Position numbers and translations under genes: made by a program. The notes beneath the pieces were generated by a model that was not told where the DNA came from, did not search any database, and saw only the letters and a list, made by a program, of their open reading frames with translations. This document shows positions 1 to 12,732 of a stretch of DNA of 64,000 nucleotides, piece after piece. Source of the stretch: Mobula birostris. Its lineage: Eukaryota. Location of the stretch: the NCBI RefSeq assembly GCF_030028105.1, contig NC_092382.1, positions 100,332,699 through 100,396,698 on the forward strand. The letters are read 5' to 3'. The first letter of the stretch is position 1. Each line of letters begins with the position of its first letter.

Positions 1-99
1 TATCTATCCATCTACCTACCTATCTATCTATCTATCGTCATGGCAAGGCGAGGTTGACTAAGATTTTAACATGTTGAACGAGATGAGGCTATTTCAACA

Positions 100-400
100 T
101 TGGGTGCGGAGTGTATAAAGTAGAGGGGTTCAGAGATTGCAGCGGGATCTGTACCAGCTGAGAAAATCGGGAAGAAAATGTCAGACACAATTTAACGCAT
201 ACCAGTGGAAGGTGTTGCAGTTTGCCAGGGCAAAGCAGGACGTGAACCACATAGCGAATGGACAAGCATCTAGGAATGCGGTAGAGGACAATCGTTTGGG
301 AATACGGATCCCCATTTCCTTCAAAATGGCTTCACAGGTAGGAAAGGGAACGTTTAGCAGGTTGCCTTTCAGAGCTCAGGCACTTGCCTATGTGCTCCAC
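100..400 (+). mobile_element. CR1-type LINE fragment (3' part of RT)
   Basis: Translates as ..LQRDL..WKVLQFAR..LGIRI, typical of CR1 ORF2 3' regions. Confidence 0.6.
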
Positions 401-1109
401 TCAACTCTCCAATCAGATTCCCCGCTTCTCTCCCCCCACCCTCCATTTGGTTTCACTCATCTCTTTCTAGCTAACTTCCATCCCCACCCCTAACTTTTTA
501 TTCTGGCGTCTCCCCCACCCCCAGTTTTCCAGTCCGAAAGGAGGGTCTCCGCCCGAAACGTCACCTGCTTATTCATTTCCATAGATGCTGACTACCCTGG
601 ATAGGTTCCTCCAGCAATTTGCATGTCCGCTGCTTTGGATTTTCAGCATCTGACGAATTTATGAGTTCATTGGGGTGCAGGAGTTCGAATATCATGTTGA
701 AATTTGCATTGTTGAGGTCCGTAATTCATGGGAAGAGGCATCACAGGCAGATTGCGGGCGTAAAGAGACTCTTAGAAAGGTACACGGAGCTGAGGGAAAT
801 AGAGGGCTATGCGGGGGCGAAATTCTGGGCAGTTTCTAGAGTGGGTTACATGGTCGGTACAACATTGTGGGCCGCAGGGCCTGTAATGTGCCGTAGATTT
901 CTATGTTCTAAGCATCACCGAAAGCCTCTAATGTATCTGCCTCTACCAACACCCCAGGCTGCACATTCCAGACACCCAGCACTGTGTGGGAAGACTTGCC
1001 TCTCACATCTCCTTTTCACTCCCCCCTCCACCTTAAAAATGTATTGGACATTTTGACCCTAGAGGTGAAAGTCTATTCTGTCTGTGCACTCCGTAATCTT
1101 ATAAATCCT

Positions 1110-1410
1110 TACCCTATGTAGAAACAAAGAGAGACAGAAAACCTCCTGGACAATACGGGCCTTTCGGCCCACAAAGCTGCACCGAACATATTCTTACTTC
1201 AGAAGTTACCTAGGGTTACCCATAGCCCTCTATTTTTCCAAGTTCTATGTTATTATCCAGCAGTTTCTTAAACGACCCTATCGTTTCTGCCACCACCAAC
1301 GTCGCCAGCAGCCCATTCCACGCACTCTCCACTCTCTGCATGAAACACTTAACCCTGACATCGCCTCTGTAGCTACTTACAAGCACCATGAAACTGCGCC
1401 CTCTCATATT
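1110..1410 (-). mobile_element. CR1 LINE 3' end
   Basis: FMQRVESAWNGL..TIGSFKKLLD motif plus the CR1 tail. Confidence 0.75.
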
Positions 1411-1499
1411 GTCCCTTTCACCCTCTGACTATTCACACGATCCATACCTCTCATAACCTTATACACCTCTATCAGGTCACCTCTATGCAGGAAGGTCGT

Positions 1500-2500
1500 A
1501 AAGAAAGCTTTCATAAATTGAGTACAGAAGATGGGATGTTATGTTCAAGTTGTACAAATGTAGAAGAGGCCTAATTTGGAGCATTGTGTGCAATTTGGTC
1601 ACCTACCTACAAGAAACATATCAATAAGATTGAAATAGTGCAGAGCAAACATCGAACCACGTGGCCAGGACTTGACCTGAGTTACAAAGAAAGATTGAAT
1701 ACGCGAGGACCTTATTTCGTGGATTGCAGCATAACGAAGGGAGCTTTGAGCGAGGGAAACAAGACCATGAGGGGTATAGATTGACTAAATTCAAGCAGAT
1801 TCTCTGTTTTGGAAATAAAGTTGGTTGACACTACATCCTTGGCTTCCTTATCGGGAGACAACTTCTTGCTGAGATATAACACGTAAGTATAGGAGTAAAG
1901 AGGTCCTTCTGCAGTTGTACAGGGCCCTGGTGAGACCACACCTGGAGTATTTTGTGCAGTTTTGTTCTGCAGATTTGAGGAAGGACATTCTTGCTATTGA
2001 GGGAGTGCAGCGTAGGTTCACGAGGCTAATTCCCGGGATGCGGGTCTGTCGTATGTTGAAAGATTGGAGCGACCAGGCTTGTATACACTGGAATTTAGAA
2101 GGATGAGAGGGGATCTGATTGAAACATATAAGATTATTAAGGGATTGGCCACGCTATAGGCAGGAAACATGTTCCCGATGTTGAGGGAGTCCAGAACCAG
2201 AGGCCACAGTTTAAGAAGAAGGGGTAGGCCATTTAGAACGGAGTTGAGGAAAAAATTTTTCACCCAGAGAGTTGTGGATCTGTGGAATGCTCTGCCTCAG
2301 AAGGCTGTGGAGGCCAATACTCCGGATGCTTTCAAGATGGAGCTCGTAAAGATAGCGGAGTCAAGGGATATGGGGATAAGTCAGGAACGGGGTACTGATA
2401 GTAGATATTCAACCATGATCACAGTGAATGGCGGTGCTAGTTGGAAGGGCCGAATGGCCTACTCCTGCACTTATTGTCTATTCTCTATTGTCTATAATTC
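1500..2500 (+). mobile_element. CR1 LINE 3' fragments
   Basis: YRALVRPHLEYFVQF..IEGVQRRFTRLIPG and RTRGHSL..FFTQRVVDLWNALP, plus the CR1 3' tail. Confidence 0.9.
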
Positions 2501-3079
2501 AAAAATTATTTTTCAAAATAATCTCATCATTAAGGTACTGGAATATGTCAGCCGATACTACCTTGAGATTCATTTCGTACACATATCTCCAGAATAATAA
2601 AGAAATAAAACAGAATTTATGGAACACCATACATAAACCAAAGACTAGAGGCAACCAATGTGCAGACGAGGAGAAATCATGTAAATAACAGAGGTAAATA
2701 AATCATACTAAGAACCTGATTGGTAGAGTCCTTGAAAGTCAGTCCATTGGTTGTGGAGTTAATTTAGTGTTGAGGTGAGAAGCGGTCCGTTCATTTTATT
2801 ACAGCTGCATGGACCAGGCATTACCCTGAACAGGGTTTTTTAACACGGCTCGAAAAAGCGAACGGTGCTTTAATAAGGCGTTCTCATAAAACAACTTCCC
2901 AGCTGCGCGCCCAAAAGGCGATGTGCGCGGGGGCATTTCAGTCACAGCCCGGCCGTGCACCCGCACAGCTTGGAGGTTACGGTGGAGCTGAGTGAAGACA
3001 TCCGCGCTGGTTCAGGAGCCAGACGGTTGTAGGACCTGATTGTTCTTTGGTGAACTACAGGGGCGTTGCTCTACACAAC

Positions 3080-3324
3080 CGAGAAATAGAGAGCGAAGGC
3101 GAGAGAGATAGAGAGCGACAGAGAGAGTGAGAAGAGTGAGGCAAACAGGAGAGAGACAAGGAGTAGGGAGAGAAAGATGGAGTGAAAGAGTTAATGAGAG
3201 AGAAAGACAGACGGAGAGAGAGAGAGACACCGAGAGAGAGAGAGAGAGAAAGAAAGAGAGATAGAACAAGAGAGCGGGACAGAGAGATAGCTAGAGACAG
3301 AGAGATAGAGACAGAGACAGAGCG

Positions 3325-3376
<52 letters not shown>
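3080..3376. repeat. GA/GATA microsatellite
   Basis: Visible (GA)n and (GATA)n tracts. Confidence 0.95.
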
Positions 3377-3454
3377 CGCTAACATATGGCAGGTAATATG
3401 AAAAGCAACGGAATACATTAGAGTGCTTCGGTCCAAATTACATGACTGTCACCT

Positions 3455-3490
3455 TGATTCTGATTGGTTATATCAGGAGAAGAGGCGTGG
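3455..3490 (+). promoter_or_regulatory. Family-A V promoter motif: inverted CCAAT/Y-box plus GGGCGTG (Sp/KLF) box
   Basis: TTGATTCTGATTGGTTATATCAGGAGAAGAGGCGTGG, about 100 nt upstream of the VA1 leader; homologous in all four family-A genes. Confidence 0.65.
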
Positions 3491-3581
3491 CTTACCTCTG
3501 ATATATAATGTCTGCCTAATCCTACCTCCTATTTACCACCTCTTCTCCTTCAATATTGTAGAGAATTAACCAAAAAAGGGT

Positions 3582-4132
3582 ATGTTTCTGTTACTGTGGA
3601 TCACGCCTTGGATTGTCGGTTAGTTGATTTTGTTCGCTGTCTAATTTCTCCCCTCTCTCGCTTCCACATTCATCAGATATTCTATTCTCGATTATTTTTC
3701 TTCCCGGATCCCACCACCCAGCCGCTGACTGATAGTCTCACTGCCCTGTTACATTTCCGTCTCTTTCCGGCAGTCACTGCTCCCCACTCGGTCAACACGT
3801 CTCTAATTCCTCATCGGTTTCCCGCTCTCTGTCCGCAGGTGGGAACTCGGTGACCGTCCGGCAGACTCCGCCCGCACTCTCCGCCATGCCCGGCAGCGGA
3901 ATGGAGTTGCAGTGCACGGCGAAAGGCGGGGGTAATACTGATACTATGTACTGGTACAGACAGTACCCGGAGAGTGGCCCTGAGTACCTGCTTTACTCGA
4001 GAGCCAACGCGCATCTGGACCGAAGGAAACAGCGGACGGGTTAACGGCGAAGAGGCGGGACAACCAGTTCAACCTGATTTCCAAAAGTCTGACTGCGAGT
4101 CACTCGGCCGTTATTTCTGCGCCTGGAGTTTA
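3582..4132 (+). pseudogene. TRBV: TCR beta V segment VA1 (family A, CAWS type), frameshifted. Leader 3582-3618, V exon 3839-4132
   Basis: Leader ATG TTT CTG TTA CTG TGG ATC ACG CCT TGG ATT GTC G|GTTAGT (MFLLLWITPWIV); acceptor ccgcag|. The exon reads SVTVRQTP..MELQC..MYWYRQYP, then has two 1-bp deletions relative to VA2 (near 4020 and near 4110) before TATTTCTGCGCCTGGAGTTTA (YFCAWSL). Confidence 0.9.
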
Positions 4133-4171
4133 CACAGCCGCCCGAACAGATGGTGGAACCGAACAGAACCT
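4133..4171 (+). other. 23-RSS of VA1
   Basis: CACAGCC + 23 nt (gcccgaacagatggtggaaccga) + ACAGAACCT. Confidence 0.9.
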
Positions 4172-5434
4172 CCAACGCTGGGGGAGGGGCGCGACTGTCA
4201 ATAAAAAGAGGGCAGCCGCCCTCCGCACTGAGGGGCGTGACGACAGAGGCTGTCAGTCAATAATGGGGAAGGCCTTCCGGTCGGAGCGAGGATAGCCATG
4301 GCGACCCCCTGTGGCTAGCCTGGCTTACCAGCGTTTAATGTGCTTTTGCACCGGAGGCTAATAGGGGAATTTCGTACAAATGGGAATGAACACGATACGG
4401 CCGGCACGGACCAATGATTATGTAATTATGAGAGGTGTTGATGAAGTTGATAGTCACAGACGCTTCCACAGTGAAAATACATGTCAGTTCCTGGTGTTCA
4501 TAGTGCCACGCACTGCGTGACGGAATAAAGCACCAGCAGAGATGGAAAACACTTTAGAGTCCAGTATTGCTATTAACTAATAATCATTAATCAGTACTTA
4601 CGCAATACAGTAATATAGATGTAGATAAATCAAACAGGTTAGCAATGATTATGTATAAGTAAGTAAATCAGTAAGTGTGGAAATGTATATGAAAAACAAG
4701 CTTCTTCAAGTATCGGAGTAAAAAGATACAGTCTTACGATGATGAGCAAAGTTCAGTTCAGTTCGTGGTGTTGAGTTGAGTAGTGGTGGGGAGAGAGAAG
4801 GGGGAGAGATTTGAGTCTTCAGGTGAGCCTGATGCCGAAAATCTTCCCGTTGTCCTCCAAAATCCTTTAGAGGTCACCGACTGTGTCCACAACAAAGGGG
4901 ACCGTTCTTCTGTGGTTGAATTATCCACCCAGGCAAAGGTTAGATACATGGACAACTCCCCACCGATCAATCCCTTTTCTCACTGTAAGAGCTAAACTGA
5001 TCGATTCGCCTGATAGATCCTCCAAAATCCCGCCTAATTTCTGTGGGCACATCAAAGCTCATTCAATGTCCAAAACATGTGTCGGAGGTCTACATCATCG
5101 GATCTCCTATTTATCTCACCGTACTGAGAACCAACTGTCATTCAAATAACTCCTCCTTCCCTTCTCTGTGTAAGAATGTACAAGCAGGCAAAATGTCCTT
5201 GGGAAGTATCAACACGCTGCCGGAAAATGGTAACATCGATTGTCCATCAAATAACGCCGCCTTCGGTCACCATAGCAACTTACGAGCTGCTCGGTGCCAT
5301 CTTCAACTCAGCAGAAATCCGAAAGTTTTTTCAGTTCTTTCTCGTACATTAAAGTGACAGTCCATCAGTTAGTCTCCGTCTCTCTCCCTTTCTTTCTCTC
5401 TCTGTTTTCAAAACAACATGTCGTTGTTAAATAA

Positions 5435-5472
<38 letters not shown>

Positions 5473-6059
5473 GTCTTCAAAAGCAGTCCATGGGGGTAGT
5501 CGAGCACAGTTCATCATAGGCATTAGGTGAGAGTGTGGAATGTTTTAAGAAAGGTTTTTCTTGCTCAGAGGACTGTGTGTCTCAGAAGCGGAAAGCCCGG
5601 GCTAGGTGTGGATGTGTTTACGATAGAGGTGTTTCGATAGACACTTTGATCTTTTTCCAACCGACCATCAGGATTAGCTTGAATCGGGTACATGCAGTGA
5701 AGCTAATACAACACAGGAAGAAACTTCTTTGCCCATCTGATCCGCGCCGGCCAAGATGTCCATGTACGCGATTCCACTTGACGGCCTGTGGCCCATGCCC
5801 CGAGAAGCACGATACATCAACCTTAGGGGCGTTTTCTGTGACCCGCTTTTAAAAGGCTATGGAACGCTTCCCAGTCGACTGGCATGGACTCGTCTCTTCA
5901 CAGTTTACACAGTTGTCTTATTGACTGCCTGTTCGTTACTTTTCCTGTGACGGTACCGCTCCGTTCTGAATTCTGTTGTTGCTTTCCCTCGATTCACTGC
6001 TGTATCATGCTGTGATCTGTCTGCATTCAGTCGCATAGTGGATGAGAGATACGAATAAA

Positions 6060-6262
6060 CAGAGAAAAAGAGAGAGAGGGGAGACAGAGAGGGGGGAGAG
6101 GGAGGGGACGGGAGAGAGAAAGAGAGAGAGGGAGGTGGTGGTAGGGGCGAGAGAGAGGGGGAGTGAGACAGAGAAATAAAGAGAGAGAGGTGGGAGGTGC
6201 GAGAGAGAGAGAGACAGAGACCGAGACAAAGAGAGGGTGAGGGGCGAGAGAGAGATAGAGAT

Positions 6263-6330
<68 letters not shown>

Positions 6331-6380
6331 GGTGAGGGGCGAGAAAGAGAGAGAGACTGAGAGCTGGGGGGAAGAGGAGA
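6060..6380. repeat. GA-rich microsatellite
   Basis: (GA)n tract. Confidence 0.95.
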
Positions 6381-6403
6381 ATGACAGAAAAGGTTTTACC
6401 TTG

Positions 6404-6650
6404 TAAGTCGCACGTTTACGTAGCAATTGTAATCACGGTTTGCGCGACGCTTTTGCAACTCCGGGAGTTCCGGAGTTCGGAGCTCAAATCCGGTGCCAGC
6501 TGTAAGGAGTGTGTACTTTCTCCACAGGTCTACGTGTGTTTACTGCCCTCCCCCCCCACCCCCACTCGACCCAGGTACTCTGGTTTCGCCTCTCAGTCTG
6601 ATAACGTGCCGCGCTGTATCTCTAAATGGAATGAAATAAAAGAAATGTAA
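6404..6650 (+). mobile_element. tRNA-derived V-SINE (HE1-like) remnant
   Basis: B-box-like GAGTTCGGAGCTCAAATCC followed by a V-domain-like ..GGTACTCTGGTTTC..; related copies at ~10590-10830 (+), ~12150-12350 (-) and ~18010-18345 (-). Confidence 0.55.
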
Positions 6651-7359
6651 TTGACAGCAGCACCCGGGTGCAGGAATCTCAGGGACTTCAGCAATTCAAA
6701 ACAAAAGAAAAGATGTATTAAAGAAATTAAGTTGCAAAAATAACCAGAGCTCAGGTAAACTACAGAATCTTGAAGAATTCAAAGCATTCATGATACAGCG
6801 ACAGAGCATAGAGGGATTAGCAAGACAGAGCACCCCCAACCCTTCTCGAAATACACCCGTAAGAACTCACGTAGGAATTGAAGACTACTTGGAGAACTTC
6901 AATGTCTCGGCGAAGCAACGATCCCCAAAGGCAACAACTGCAATGACGGTCATTGAGAATATCGTGCTCAGTTAATCCCTGCAAGTTAAATAAAACTGTT
7001 AAATACACAGAGAGCTTCAAACACTCCACGTGACCAAACGGGACTCCTTCGAACCACAGTCAAAACCCAGAGCTTGTCCAAACATAAACAATTAGTCATA
7101 ATTGGTAAACGGTCGAAGGAACTGCGCATGCCCACGTGGTTACATCTAGATACTACAATCCACATACCAACTGGAGAGAAATAATCCTTTCTGTTTTTCT
7201 TCACAGCGACCCCTGGTGGTGACAAGCAGAAGAACAGGCGTTCCGTCCACGTCGTCTTCTACAAACAGGATGCTTAATTAAAGCAAATAACGATTGCCAT
7301 TACCGATTCCCTCCCAATCGCCACACATGCACGTGTCTATGAGAGAGAGAGAGAAGAGT

Positions 7360-7399
<40 letters not shown>

Positions 7400-7796
7400 T
7401 TAAGAATTAATTTACAACTGTCTCGACTACGTTGTTGGACCGACATCTTATATTCCATCTGGGCAACGCAAACCTGATAACATGAGTATCAATTTGAGGA
7501 TCAAACAGATCCCTTCCTCACCTCACCTTCACCTTTCTCACCCACCTGGCTTCTCCTATCAATATCTCGCAATCCCTCTTCCTCTTCCCCTTACCTTTTA
7601 CTTCTGGCTCCTTCTCCCTTCCTTTTCGGTCCTGCAGTGGCGTCTAGGCCCGTAACGCTCATTTCCCATGATGCTGCCATACGTGACGAGCACCCCCAGC
7701 ATTTTGAGTGCGTTGGTTTGGATTACCAGCATCAGCGGAATCTCTGGCGTTCATGATAACGCCTGAAACTTCATGAGACGACGGAGAGTCTGCACT

Positions 7797-7843
7797 AACC
7801 ACGTCATCGATTCCGATTGGTTAACTCGGCGGAAGGGGTGTGA
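7797..7843 (+). promoter_or_regulatory. Family-A V promoter motif of VA2 with a CRE/ATF-like site
   Basis: ACCACGTCATCGATTCCGATTGGTTAACTCGGCGGAAGGGGTGTG. Confidence 0.65.
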
Positions 7844-7936
7844 CTAATGTCCTCTGATTCTTCTGACGCACAAAGGGCGAAGCCGTCTGCTCCTGCCTCC
7901 GCGATTCGTCACCCTCCCTTTCAGTATTGCGTTAAA

Positions 7937-8549
7937 ATGGACCACGGGCAAGCATTTCTCTTACTGGGGATCACGGCCTGGTTTACCTGTACGTAGGTTT
8001 TATTAAATTTCTTTCTTTCATTTTCTTCTTGTTCTTCTACTTATTATTATTATTATTATTATGCTCTCTGTCATCTAACGTTCTTCAGTTGACGATTAGT
8101 TTTCTACCTCTGTATCCGCGTCCGTCGTGTCGCCCCCTCATTCTCTACATCTCCCTTCATTTGCCCTTTCTTGTTCCACTCTTCGCCGCCCTCCTCCTTA
8201 CGCCGGTCACTCAGTTTTTTCTCTTTTCTTTTCGTTCCCCTCCCGGTCCACAGGCGCGACGTCGGTGACCGTCCGCCAGACTCCCGCCGCGTTTTCCGCG
8301 CTGCCCGGCGACGGAATGGAGTTGCATTGTACGGCGGAAGGAGGGGGTGGTACTGACTATATGTACTGGTACAGACAGTACCCGGGGAACGGACCTCAGT
8401 CTCTGATCTACTCGATGACTAAAATGCACCAGGAACCGAAGGAGACGGCGGACGGGTTAACAGCCGAGAGGCAGGACAACAAGTTCAAGCTGATTTCAAA
8501 AAGTTTGACTGCGAATCAGTCGGCTCGTTATTTCTGCGCCTGGAGGTTA
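7937..8549 (+). CDS. TRBV: TCR beta V segment VA2 (family A), apparently functional. Leader 7937-7988, V exon 8254-8549
   Basis: Leader MDHGQAFLLLGITAWFT with phase-1 donor T|GTACGT; acceptor ccacag|. Open exon ATSVTVRQTPAAFSALPGDGMELHCTAEGGGGTDYMYWYRQYPGNGPQSLIYSMTKMHQEPKETADGLTAERQDNKFKLISKSLTANQSARYFCAWRL with Cys23, Trp41 and Cys104 intact. Confidence 0.95.
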
Positions 8550-8588
8550 CACAGCCGCCCGACCGGATGGTGAAACCGAACAAAAACC
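8550..8588 (+). other. 23-RSS of VA2
   Basis: CACAGCC + 23 nt + perfect nonamer ACAAAAACC. Confidence 0.97.
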
Positions 8589-8769
8589 TCCAACTCTGAA
8601 GACAGCCTCGACTGTCAATGGGAGCGCAGGTGTGGGGGTGGGGGTGGGTGTTTAAACTGGAGTGGCGCGGGGGAGAACGAACCCAGAGCTCCAGAACAGA
8701 TAGTAGAGTGGTTGCGGATACAGATTTTGTGCAACCTACCGACAAGGTCAGGAATAAACATCGATTGGG

Positions 8770-9060
8770 CATGGTGAGACTAAAGTTCTGGGCTGCGTGT
8801 GCTTCAGCGCAAGGAGGATCATGGGAAATGTGGCGGAGTTATAGCTTTGCTCCGCAGATGGATTTACCGGATTGTCGCCTTCAGTGAGACTTGGTTGTAG
8901 GAGGTGCAGTACCGGCAGCTCTGTATTCCGGGGTTCCGCTGTGGTGGGCGGGATAGAGCGAGAGGGATTAACGGGGTCTGTGGCACTACCTGTCAGGGGG
9001 AACGTCACGGCAATGCTCAGTCAGAACAGACTGCCTAGTTCGACTACTGAGGGTTTGTAG
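8770..9060 (+). mobile_element. CR1 endonuclease-domain fragment
   Basis: Frame IVAFSETWL*..LCIPGFRC matches the APE-type endonuclease start of CR1. Confidence 0.65.
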
Positions 9061-11577
9061 GTAGAATTGATTAATAAGTAAGTATAACTACGTTAATTAG
9101 ATCATATTATACAACGTCCAACAGTCCGCGGAAGTTATCTTCTTTCTTATAGAGGAGGGGAGCAGAAGGGGCCATGCACAATCCTGATTTGATGGAGACA
9201 GACGTGAAGAAACACGGAAGAACATCTGTAGAAACTTCTGGAATGCCTTCTTCGCTGCCGCTGCTACTGTGCGATCGAGAATCTCCGGATGGGAAGGCCC
9301 CAAATCCTCGGCTTTGCCAATGGCCGGTTGCCGGGATCGGGGTCGAAGGGCTCGGCAGAGGCGGTGCTCGGTGCTCGGTGTCGGAGAGCTGGTCGGAGGC
9401 TCGAGGTTTTCGGACGGACTCGGAGTCGGGCTGTGGGCGGGTGCTTCCAGGTTGCAGCATCGGCAAGTTTGCGGTGCTGGAAGCTCATTGCAGGAAGCTG
9501 TTTTTTCTTCCTTCAACCGTCTGCGTGCGATGATGGGTCTTTCGAGAGACTTTGAGACTTTTTTTTACCGTGCCCATGGCCTGTTCTTCATCAAGTTACG
9601 GTATTGCTTGCACTGCTGTAACTATATGTTATAATTATGTAGTTTTGTCACTATTATTTAGTCCTGGTTTGTCTGTGTTTCTCTGATATCATTCTGGCGG
9701 ACAAAATGTGTAACTTCTTAATGCATGCATTACTAAATGACAATAAAAGAGGACTGCGTGTCCTCATAATCATAACCACAATCTTACCTCAGATAAATAT
9801 TATGTGGAGATTTGTGACAAATATGACTATATGATATATATGTGCAGTATCTGAAATACATCTCATGGAAATGTTTGTTTGATGATGAACTTCAATAAAA
9901 AAAATAAATTACAAAAAAGAATTTAAATCAGAACGCTGCAATGAATATCCACCTCGCTGAACAGAGCGCCAAAAGAAGCAGAATGTCGGGATCTTGTGGC
10001 TCTGGAGACTGGGGATTCGGAGGTCGGCACCTCTGCAGCCGATCGGTGTGCCATTGGAGACGGAAGATCTCTAGCTGTGTGCCGAGAGACCTGAGATCCT
10101 TGGGCACAGAGCTCGGAAAAAGCGCCGTAACGGACATCTAACATCATAAACCAGCGAGTTGTTTGCGGTGTCACCACTCCCGCTGTGAAATGGAGACAAC
10201 TCTTTTTTTCCTTATTGGGGGGGGGGGGGGAGAGAGAGAGAAAGAGAGAGCCTGTGGTATGTCGAATACCGGGTGAACAATGAAGTCTTTGAAGAGCTGC
10301 CCTAAGATAGTCTTTGGAATCTTTGGAGTACTATCTTTGCTGTGGGTGCTCGGTGGGGGGTCTCGATGCTTTTTTTTGTTGGTGGGGGGAGGGGGGATTG
10401 TTGCTTGCTGCCGCTCACGCGCGGGAGGGAGGGAGCTGGGGGGGATTACTTTGGGGTTCTAACATTTCACTGGTCATTCTTTGGGGGCTCTCTTCTGTTT
10501 CCGTGGATGGTTGCGGTGAAGAAGCATATCAGGATGTATATTGTATGCATTTCTCTGACAATAAGTGTACCCTCGAAACCAAAAATGTATTAAAAGCGGT
10601 TCGCACGACGCATTTATAGTAGGGGTCGTTCCAGAGTTCGGAGTTGAAGTCCGGTATCATCTCCAAGGAAGTTTCAATTTCCCCCCTTGAAGCGGAAGTT
10701 TTAGCGGGTGCTCCGGTTTCCACCGACAGTCCAAACACCCAGCCGTTAGCAGTGTTAATTGGTAATTGTAAAGTACCGTGAGATGAGGCTGTTGGTCAAG
10801 AGGCGGGCTGGAGGGCCCGCTCCCCCACATAAATGAATTAAATCCGAGAACAGGACATGAAGGTCTGGTGTACTCCAAGGTCTTGCGGAATTCACAGTGT
10901 TACGTAGCAGCAGTTGTGATGGTTAGAGCTTAATTGTTGTCAAACAATTGACACTAGAACGTACAATCATCACAGCGACATTTGATGCTGTGCTTCGCTC
11001 TCCTGGAGTGCAAATCGATAGTAAATATTAAATATTTAAATTATAAATCATAAATAGAAAATAGAAAAGGGAAAGTAAGGCAGTGCCAAAAAAAACCTAG
11101 AGGCAGGCCGGGATATTTGGAGGGTAAGGCCCAGATCCGGGTCAGGATCCGTTCAGCAGTCTTATCACAGTTGGAAAGAAGCTGTTCCCAAATCTGGCCG
11201 TACGAGTCTTCAAGCTCCTGAGCCTTCTCCCGGAGGGAAGAGGGACGAAAAGTGTGCTGGCTGGGTGGGTCGATTTGTGCTCCAGGGAGCGCGAAGTGCA
11301 GAATCAAATATCGTGTGATGATTGTAAGCTCCAGTTTCGCGACAATAAAGTAAAATAAAGTAGGACGACGTTTCCGGTCTGTGATGTCACGCGTAGGGAG
11401 CAGATTGTCCTTCCTTCACTTCCCTGAACGCGCCATCGTCTTAACGGCCGTTTAGCAGGCTCTGACTGAAAGCCGCGCCCCTCCCTTTGAATGACAGGCT
11501 CACGCGATCACCGCGCGTCCCAGGGCGCCGGGCACCTGCCGCCTGTTGGTAATCGCGCCGTCCCTGAGCGTTGTATG

Positions 11578-11616
11578 TGTTTTTGTCGCTCTTCGCCGTC
11601 TGCCCGCCTGGCTGTG
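11578..11616 (-). other. 23-RSS of VA3
   Basis: Minus strand CACAGCC + 23 nt + ACAAAAACA. Confidence 0.93.
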
Positions 11617-12636
11617 TGATCTCCAAGCGCAGAAATACCTGGACGAGTGATTCGTGGTCAAATTGCTGGAAACCAAGTTGAACTGGCGGTCCTGTCTCGT
11701 GGCCGTCAGCCCGTCCGACGTCTCCTTCGGCTCTACGTGCATGTAGTTCGTCGAGTAAAGCAGACTCCGAGGCTCCTACCCCGGGCTACCCACTCCTTCT
11801 GCCGTACACTGCAACTCCACTCCGTCGCCGGGCAGCGCAGTGAATGCAGCGGGCGTCTGGCGGACGGTCGCCCATCTCCCAGCTGTGGACACAGAGCGGA
11901 ATTTAAGAAAAAAGTATGGAGAGACACAGAAACTTGAAGAAAACAGTTTTTAATTATTTATCTAAGGAAACCGCGCGCAACATGCAGTTCCGGCCCAACG
12001 AGACGTTCGGCCCAGCAGCCCTCCTGCTTACCACCGGACCGTAAGACCATAAGACAAAGGAGCAGGAGTCGGCCATTCGGCCCATCGACTCTGCTCCGCC
12101 ATTTTTTCATGAGCTGATCCATTCTCCCATTTTGTCCCACTCCCCGGCCTTCTCACCACAACGAACCACAGGACGCTTTACAACGACCATTTCAACCAGT
12201 AACCGGTAGGTCTTCGGACCGTGGGGAGAAAGCGGAGCACCGGGAAAACCCCACCCGGTTCACGGGGCGGAACTTACAAACTCCTCCTCGAGGGCGCCGG
12301 AACTTAACTCCGGACCCCGGAACGCCCCAAGCGGTAATAGCAGCGCGCGAACCGGAAGGAGGACGGCGACTAGCTGGCGGGGTTGCGGTGATGGTGGCGT
12401 CCACCGGCCGGTCCCCGACCACCTACACGTGGACAGAGAGCGGAATAAAAAGTAGAAAGACAAAGGTGTAACGAGGCTGTACCTATCAGAGTTCATTTGG
12501 GGGCCCGAACAAAGGAATAAAACATAAAAACTGGAGAACATGACTGAGAAGGCGATTAGAGAATTCTGAATAAAACCCACTTACGACTCAATCAGGACAC
12601 GATCCCCAGCAAGGCCAATATCTTCCCTTGAGCCAG
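11617..12636 (-). pseudogene. TRBV: TCR beta V segment VA3 (family A), inverted pseudogene. Leader 12636-12585, V exon 11882-11617
   Basis: The leader start is CTG rather than ATG and it has an in-frame TGA before donor GTAAGT. The exon has an in-frame 30-nt deletion removing YMYWYRQY (Trp41) followed by TAG, then reads LLYSTNYMHVEPKETSDGLTATRQDRQFNLVSSNLTTNHSSRYFCAWRS. Confidence 0.9.
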
Positions 12637-12732
12637 TTTTCGACTGTTAGTGAAAGACAAGAGGTCGGTGGCGGAGGGAAGATCGAAGAGCTTTGCTCTT
12701 CACGGGCGGTTGGGAGATAAATCGGAGAGCAG

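Noticed and set aside
5553-6030. RSS-like AGAAAAACC / CACACAG (minus strand) with V-like words upstream (QLCKL..W, LRLMYRAS, DQSVY)
   Set aside because: The spacer is 11 nt and the heptamer is poor. The motifs lie in different frames over about 450 nt, too long for a V exon, and there is no Cys104, no FGxG and no partner RSS.
4298-7222. Two further CTCF-like strings (4298-4320 and 7204-7222, minus strand)
   Set aside because: Each mismatches a strongly conserved core position (GGGGGTC, GGGGTCGC) and they are not part of the repeated module; they cannot be supported without scoring.
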